DNA from: an uncultured Chthonomonadaceae bacterium
GTDB taxonomy: Bacteria > Armatimonadota > Chthonomonadetes > Chthonomonadales > Chthonomonadaceae
NCBI GenBank assembly: GCA_963835065.1
Contig: CAWIEK010000067.1
Location: forward strand, 1 to 57,315
Length of the DNA stretch: 57,315 bases
Reading direction: 5' to 3'
Shown here: positions 50,688-57,315 of the stretch, piece by piece
Layout: every line of letters starts with the position of its first letter
Position numbering within the stretch: the stretch's first letter is position 1
Notes under the pieces: generated by a model
Told to the model about the DNA's origin: nothing
Databases searched by the model: none
Seen by the model: only the letters and a program-made list of their open reading frames with translations
Position numbers and translations under genes: made by a program

Positions 50688-50978
50688 TTATACTTCCGGC
50701 AGTAAGCCCTCGTGTTCCGCCCACTTTAGTACGCTGCGCCAATCGGGGGAGGGGATCAGGCCGTCGTGCGTCAGGCGCTGTACCAGCCCCGTCATAAAGG
50801 ACGCGACGTACTCCGGCGGCAGCGCCAGTTCCCGCGCAATCTCTCCCATGTCGTAATCTTCCTGTGACAATGCCAAAATGCGGCGCTGATCGGCGCTTAG
50901 TGTTTCGCGTATGCGCTCGTTCGCCTGCCGGTGAACGCGCTCGATCTTGCGGTGTTTGATACGGGCTTTTGTCCTCAA
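50688..50978 (-). CDS. Small hypothetical protein, HTH-like
   Basis: LSADQRRILAL...GEIARELAL pattern. Confidence 0.6.
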   Translation of the reverse strand: MRTKARIKHRKIERVHRQANERIRETLSADQRRILALSQEDYDMGEIARELALPPEYVASFMTGLVQRLTHDGLIPSPDWRSVLKWAEHEGLLPEV

Positions 50979-51117
50979 ATGGCCTCCGGGAGTAGGGGGT
51001 TAGGGTTTTAGGGTTAGGTAGGTTTTAGGTTGGTATGGTTTTAGGTGGCGTAGGATTCGCGGTGAACAGAGCAGAATCCTGCACAATTTTTATAGGGATG
51101 TGGATGTAATTTTTGGT

Positions 51118-54100
51118 TCAGGGTTGGTGGCGCGTTGTTTGCGTTGGAATAATTGGGAGGGTTTCGCCGTCGTGCCCGCCCAATGCGGATGTGCGGCACA
51201 CATCGCCATAAGCGCAGAAGCGGCAATGATCGCCGGGTGTGGCTTCGATGTTGCCGGCGACAATGGAGCGGGCCAGACGCACGGCGGTGGCTTCCGCTGT
51301 TTTCAGCAAATCGGCGTACTGGCTGCGGTTGAGAGGCGTAACGCTGGTTCCATCTTCCAGGGGCGCGAGGGGCGCGAATTGGCGCGAACTGACATGCTCG
51401 GAGCGGTGAAAACGCCGCCGTCCACGCTCCTGCGCGCTGTCGTAGCAGGCAACCGCGCCGACCTTGTTGAACACCCGTTCGATTGCCAGCAGATACAACG
51501 GCATTTGTAAACTCTGCCCGCGTTGCGCGTCGGCGAACGTGGGCGGCTTGCCCATCTTGTAATCCATGACCAGCGCCCGCATCCCCGTCCCGTCCAGATC
51601 AACCCGATCCAACGTGCCGCAAATCGCAACCGGAGGTCCGCCATCCGCCACGTTGAGCAGCAATGGCTCGGCGCAGGAAGCGGCATCACAAAGCGCAGTG
51701 GCAGAAGTATCCGTGTTTTCCTGTTCTCCCAACCCGTATTCCAATTGCCGCTCTTCCTCATCTTCCCAATCGGGCCGAGTTCCCACGCCAAACGACAATT
51801 CAAAGTGCGTCGGGTTCATGCCGAACTGCGTTTGAAATCGCTCTTCGCGCGCCACAAAGCCGTCCAGCGCGTCAGAAAGCAGCCGGCGCGTCATTTGCTT
51901 CTGGTGCAGTCCCACATCCATCTGCTCCTGCGCCAGCATCTCGGCCAGGATATATTGTAACGCTTCGCGGGTTGAGGGATTTTCGATTTTCGATTTTCGA
52001 TTGTTCGATTGTGGATTGCGTTTCTTCTGTTCCCTGTTCCCTGTTCCCTGTTCCCTGCTTTTCCGTCTTCTGTCTTCTGTCTTCTGTCTTCTTTGCCGCA
52101 AAATACCGATGCAGCACGGCATGGTAGATTGTGCCTTGCGTACGGGCAGCGATGCCTTCTTCTTCCAGGCGCAGGCGCAGAACGTGGCGCATGAAATACT
52201 GAAAGGGGCAGCGTCCGTAACTTTCCAGTTCGGTCACGCTGAAGACAGCGCGATGGTTAGCGAATTGGCGGCGCAGGCGCTCCGCTTCCAGGCGCGGCAG
52301 GCGCGGCAATTCGCGCGACTCCACCACGCGCTGCGCTATGAGACGATCCGCTTCCCCCTCCAAACACGCCTGCATCAGCGTCACGGCATTGTGCCACTCG
52401 GCATCCGCAATGCGCCCCGTTCCCGGATCAAACAGCATGGCGCACGCCGCCAGCAACTTATCCTTGCCCGAAATCACTTCGTCAGGACGCGGCGCGACAT
52501 CGGCCAGGGTACGAGACACAATGTTGATAGTTGATAGTTGACAGTTGATAGTTGAAGGCCGATCACTGGCTGCCAACGCCGCTTTCCGTTTCCCCCTGTC
52601 CTCCTCCGTGCCCCCCGTGTTCCCCGTGGTTTGTCTTCTCCCCTCCGTGTCCTCCGTGTTCTCCGTGGTTATACCCTCCGCTTCCTGTTCGCCAAAGACC
52701 GCGCGAACTTCGTCCAGGTAGAAGGACGGCAGGGTATCGGACTCGTCGGCGGAGCGGGGGTAAGAAAGGATCAGGCGTTCGGAGGGGGCGGTGACAGCGA
52801 GATAAAAGAAGAAACGCTCGTCGTCAGCGCGGCCTTTCTGCTCTTCCAGATCCAGGCCGGCCCACTCGCGCAGAGCAATGCGCTCGGCGTCGCGCAAAAA
52901 CGGGTCTTCCGTAATGCGGCGGGGAAACACGCGCTCCGTCAGTCCCATCACCGCCGCCACTTTGAGTGGGCGTTCGCGCGTATCGTAGGGTTCCGCCACG
53001 CGCACCCGGTCTCCTTCGGCAGTGGCAGTGGAGGACGCTGTTTTCCACGTCGCCAGCAATTCGTCATGAAACGCTTCAAACGTCATGGCCTGCCGCCCGG
53101 AAAGCGCGGCCATTTGCGCTAAAGCGCCCAACACGTCCTGTGCCGCCTGCCACGCCGCCCGGTCTCGGTGCTGCCGGGTCTGCTCGCCCTGCGCAATCCG
53201 CTCGTACATCCCAAAATGCGCCACAATCTCTTCCATCAGCAGAGCAAACCGGCGCGGGTCCTGCCGCTCCCGCGTCAGCAGCGCGTCGTAATGCGCCATG
53301 TCGAGCAGGGTCGTCGCTAATGCTGAGTGATGAGTGATGAGTGATGAATGGGATGCTGCATTGTATTCATCATTCATCACTCCGCGTTCAGCATTGTCTT
53401 CCTTCTCCTCTTCTCTTCTTCTTTTCTTCTCTTCTGTTCCCTCTAACAGTGCCAGCCAGCGTTCGCGGCCTTCCCGTACCCCGGCTTGGCGGGCGCGGCG
53501 GCGGAGGCTGTCGGCTTCGATCTTGTCGGGCGCGGTGTAGCTGGATTTCAGAAAGGCGAGAACATCGTCGCGCTGCCAGTTGTGCCTCACCACGTTCAGG
53601 AAATGCAGCAGGGTTTTCAGGAACGGGTTTTCGGCCAGAACTTCCGGGCCGTCAATGCCCAGAGGGATGGCGTGACGCTCGAAAACCGCCGCCAAAATCG
53701 GCGCGTAATCGCCCATCGCCCGCAAAATCACGGCAAAGTCGCTCCACGCATACCGGCCCGTGTCGTACAAGCGCCGAAACGCCCGCGCCACCATTTCCGC
53801 CTCAACGTAGGGATTGGGCGCGTCGAACAACTGTAAAGGAGGGTGTTGGGTGTTAGGCAATGCTGAGTGCTGAGTGATGAGTGATGAATGGGAGTTCAAT
53901 TCATCACTCATCATTCCGCGTTCAGCATTGCCTTCTGTTCCCTGTTCCCTGTTCCCTATTCTCTGTTCTATCTCCTTTTCTTTCTCTGCATCGAACAGCC
54001 AGTCACTCAATAACGCGAGCGCGGGCGGGCGGGCGGGAGGCGTGTAGGTGAGGTGGATTTCGCGGCAGGCGAATTCCTGTTGGAGCAGGGCGAGGGTGCG

Positions 54101-54931
54101 GGCGGGGGCGGCGAACAGCAGAGGGCGGCGCGACTCGTAGGGCAGGGTGACGGCCACTTCAATTGGCGGTTGTTCCTGCGCAGAAGAAACTTGGCTTGCG
54201 AGCGCGGCCAGCAGGTGGCGTTGCATGGCGTTGAAGCGGTAGAAGCCATCTACCACGATGCAGGAGGTTTGGGGCGGCAGGGCCGCATAGCCGGAATGGA
54301 TGCCTTCTACGGCAAGGCGCAGGCAGTCCTCCTCATCGCGCAACTGGTGGTCAGTGAGAAACGTTTCGTAAGCGCGGTACAGGCGAGCCAATTCTTCGGT
54401 TTTACGCGCAAACGTCGGGTCAGCCAGGGCTTCGGCGACAACCGGGCCGGACTGTTCCAGCAAATCAGGCGTCAGGCAGGCCAGTTTCCATTCGCGCAGG
54501 CGTTCGGCAAACGCGGGCACAAAGCCGGGCGCGCGCAGCATCCGGCCCAAAAAGTCGTCGGCGCGAATGTGGTTGGGAAACAGATTGGTAAGCGCAAGCC
54601 GCTGAAACGCGCGCCCGATAGCGCCCATCGGTAAAGCCTCTTCATCTTCGGTTTCCCGGTCTTCGATCAGGCGGGCAACCAACTGCCGAAACGTTACCAT
54701 GCAGGGCAGGATTTCATCGGCGGGAAGGCTCAGGCGGGCGGCAAGCTGTTCGGCGCGGGTTTGCGCCTGCTGCGGTGAGGACACAATCAGCAGGCCGCGC
54801 TGTCCGTCCCGCAGGCAGGTTTCCAGCCGATGCAGCGCCCACTCCGTTTTGCCCGACCCGGCAGGCCCCAGTATCAGCGTCAAGGCAGGCCGCGTATTTG
54901 CCGCTTTCGCGCCCGGTGTTTTGGTTTTCAT
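51118..54931 (-). CDS. AddB/RexB-like helicase-nuclease subunit with PD-(D/E)XK domain (frameshift near 51970-52090)
   Basis: GPAGSGKT, VDGF, EAEMVAR, SYP, FSVTELESYGRCPFQYF, GTLDRVD, DYK, LQMPLY and CRFCAYGDVCR Fe-S cysteines. Confidence 0.88.
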
Positions 54932-55382
54932 GGATTGAAGTGTGGAATGATGGCTGTGCGGAAAGTATTTCGTACATTATACGCCTACCGAGTCCCATTT
55001 ACAACGAAATTTTTGTAATCAGCCATAATACAGGGCGTTAATATCTTGCCCAGCCTCACTCAAGTGCAAAATCTCGCCCCGGTATTGTAACCGCGCAATT
55101 AATTAACATGAGGGAGTTAGATTTTAATTCTCCGCATTATAGGTAGTAGCCATAGATGTGGTTAGCACGTCAATATTTTGATGAAGCGATCCGTATAAGT
55201 CCTGTACGCCGCGCTTTGGAGTAGGAATTATAGTAATATGACAGATGTGTGGCTGTTTTATCTACTGTAGGAACTCCAAAGAACAAGTGTTTTAATCGTA
55301 GACCAACTTGCAAGGCGTACTACAAGTTTCCTGAGCCATAATCCTCCGACTAGATAAGATAGTGGCTTTGGTGGGAAACTTA

Positions 55383-56004
55383 CTTTCTGAAGGAGCTAAT
55401 CTGATGAACTTGCAAACAAACACAAAGCAACAATCCTCATCCACTCTCTTGTCGTTGACTTCAGGATTTGTTTTGATACTAATTATTTTCGTGGCGGCAG
55501 TAAAATTGCTGCTTTTCTTCCTACGTGTATTTACAGCGTTCCTGCTCCTGTTCAGGCTGCTGTAATTGCTGGAAGTGTCACTGTTCTAGTGTCTGTCACT
55601 TCCCTGATTTTATCTGCAAAGTACCAGAAACAACGTGACATAGAGGCAGAGCATAGAAAGCAGAAATCTGAAATATATGAAGAATTTATGGGATTTTGGT
55701 TTAATATTTGATGAGGGATAAACTTGGGGAAGAAGCCATAACTGAAACGGAGTTGTGGCAGTTCGTTGCTAAATTCAACCAGAGGATGATCGTTTGGGGA
55801 TCAGATGAAGTAATGAAGGAGTACATTCGCTTCCGATCCGCCTTCGTACCTAGTGTCTCTGAGGAAGAACCGAATCCAACATACATGCTGAACTCATTCG
55901 AAAGATTACTTTATACGATACGTCGAGACTTAGGACATGCGAACAAAAATTTGGTTGAAAAAGATTTATTAAGATTATTCGTAAATGATATAGATAACTA
56001 CTAA
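55383..56004 (+). pseudogene. AT-rich hypothetical membrane protein, frameshifted
   Basis: TM N-terminus, middle AAVIAGSVTVLVSV...KSEIYEEF read manually, C-terminus IVWGSDEV...IRRDLGH. Confidence 0.6.
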
Positions 56005-56186
56005 GTAGACTGAAGGCCACACTTCGTAGAAATTTGATTTCGAAAATACACGAACTTACACCAACGGGCTACTTAGATCAATTTACTAGGCACAGACACT
56101 TACTTAATGCGCCACCATCTGGTCCCACCTAAATGTGATTTATGACTGCTTTTTATGGTTGCATTTCTGAAATGCAATAATTAGAA

Positions 56187-57140
56187 ATGGAGGCGCATAT
56201 TACCAGCAAGATCAATAAAACAGATTTGGATACGCGGGTTGTTCTTGAACGCCTGAATACAATGACAGCGGCCTTTGCTCCTACACCCTTTGTCTATGAA
56301 GATCAATTGATAAATGATTCGGAGTGGGCGTTAAGGGAGGGAAGTTTGCACTTCGAGCAAAAAAGCGCGGTGCAGGCCACCTTGCGCAAAATTACGGCGC
56401 GACTTGCTGACCTTCACATTGACTATGCGGTTGTCGGTGGCATGGCGTTGTTTCAGCACGGGTTTCGGCGCTTTACGGAAGATGTAGACATTCTCGTAAC
56501 GCGGGAAGGGCTGAAAATCCTTCACGCGCAATTGGAAGGGCGCGGCTACGTGCCGCCGTTTGCGGGCAGCAAGAACCTGCGTGACGCCGAGTTTGGCGTT
56601 CGCATCGAGTTTCTGATTGCGGGCGAGTATCCCGGCGACGGCAAGCCCAAGCCGGTTGCGTTTCCCGACCCTGCAACCGTTGCCATTGAACGCGATAACA
56701 TCCGCTATCTGGCGCTGCCTGCCCTTATTGAACTGAAACTCGCGTCTGGCATCTCGGGCGCAGGCCGTATCAAAGACCTTGCCGACGTGCAGGAACTCAT
56801 CAAGATGTTCGCCCTGCCGCAGGATTATCAAAACCAATTAAATCCCTATGTGCGCGGCAAGTATCTGGAACTCTGGCAAAGCGTGACGACCATTCCTGCG
56901 CGATACATTTCGATTTTACAAACCGCCATTCCGCTCCCACAGGCGCACTCCCTGACCGACCTGATTGCCCTATTGCCCGAAGAGGCGGCTCACTTAACGG
57001 CTATGCAGCAGGCGGGCGTTGTTTTCGATCCCGAACGCAGCCGCCCGGAAAAAGGCTATTTCGTTCTGGCAACGCATGACGCGGAGGTTGCGCAAGCGTA
57101 TGGCCTGCACACCGAGTCGGAAGTCATGTACGAGGAATAA
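56187..57140 (+). CDS. Nucleotidyltransferase-superfamily protein
   Basis: YAVVGGMAL...RFTEDVDIL, LIELK and RIKDLAD motifs. Confidence 0.8.
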   Translation: MEAHITSKINKTDLDTRVVLERLNTMTAAFAPTPFVYEDQLINDSEWALREGSLHFEQKSAVQATLRKITARLADLHIDYAVVGGMALFQHGFRRFTEDVDILVTREGLKILHAQLEGRGYVPPFAGSKNLRDAEFGVRIEFLIAGEYPGDGKPKPVAFPDPATVAIERDNIRYLALPALIELKLASGISGAGRIKDLADVQELIKMFALPQDYQNQLNPYVRGKYLELWQSVTTIPARYISILQTAIPLPQAHSLTDLIALLPEEAAHLTAMQQAGVVFDPERSRPEKGYFVLATHDAEVAQAYGLHTESEVMYEE

Positions 57141-57143
57141 ACC

Positions 57144-57306
57144 TAACTTTTCACCACCAAGACACCAAGAACACCAAGCAGAACGAGAAAAATAAGAAGA
57201 AAGACGTTGTAGAATTACCGGAGAGAACGAACCTGTCTTGGATTCTATGCCTTCTGAATTGCCTGTTTTCTCTTGGTGTTCTTGGCGTCTTGGTGGTGAA
57301 AAGTTA
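57144..57306. repeat. Fold-back element with 35-bp arms (CACCAAGA)n
   Basis: TAACTTTTCACCACCAAGACACCAAGAACACCAAG and its reverse complement with one mismatch. Confidence 0.88.
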
Positions 57307-57315
57307 TGAATAAAG

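Noticed and set aside
50995..51045. TTAGGG telomere-like tract
   Set aside because: Short and degenerate; better explained as another short-period array.

Overview
Bacterial chromosomal segment, visibly GC-rich; an Armatimonadota-like host is inferred from gene style and is not proven. It contains housekeeping genes (pdxT, dusB, accB, hom, kdsA, a PHP-family histidinol phosphatase, an AddB-like protein), secreted proteases and glycoside hydrolases (S41, M16, M48, GH2, GH5, GH127), a MoxR/DUF58/vWA/prenyltransferase-repeat/YdjY/DUF4175-like cluster, two class III nucleotidyl cyclases and a DUF4365 + HicA-like pair. About a dozen genes carry frameshifts, probably assembly indels. The window begins inside an ISAzo13-family IS that interrupts an HNH-type gene, and a 79-bp MITE with matching ends lies at 48.2 kb. 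The most striking signal is a dense family of fold-back elements built from 7-9-nt tandem repeats. They sit at gene junctions as locus-specific inverted pairs, are sometimes nested, occur inside coding sequences (four inserts in AddB) and encode part of two signal peptides. No CRISPR array, rRNA or tRNA was recognised.
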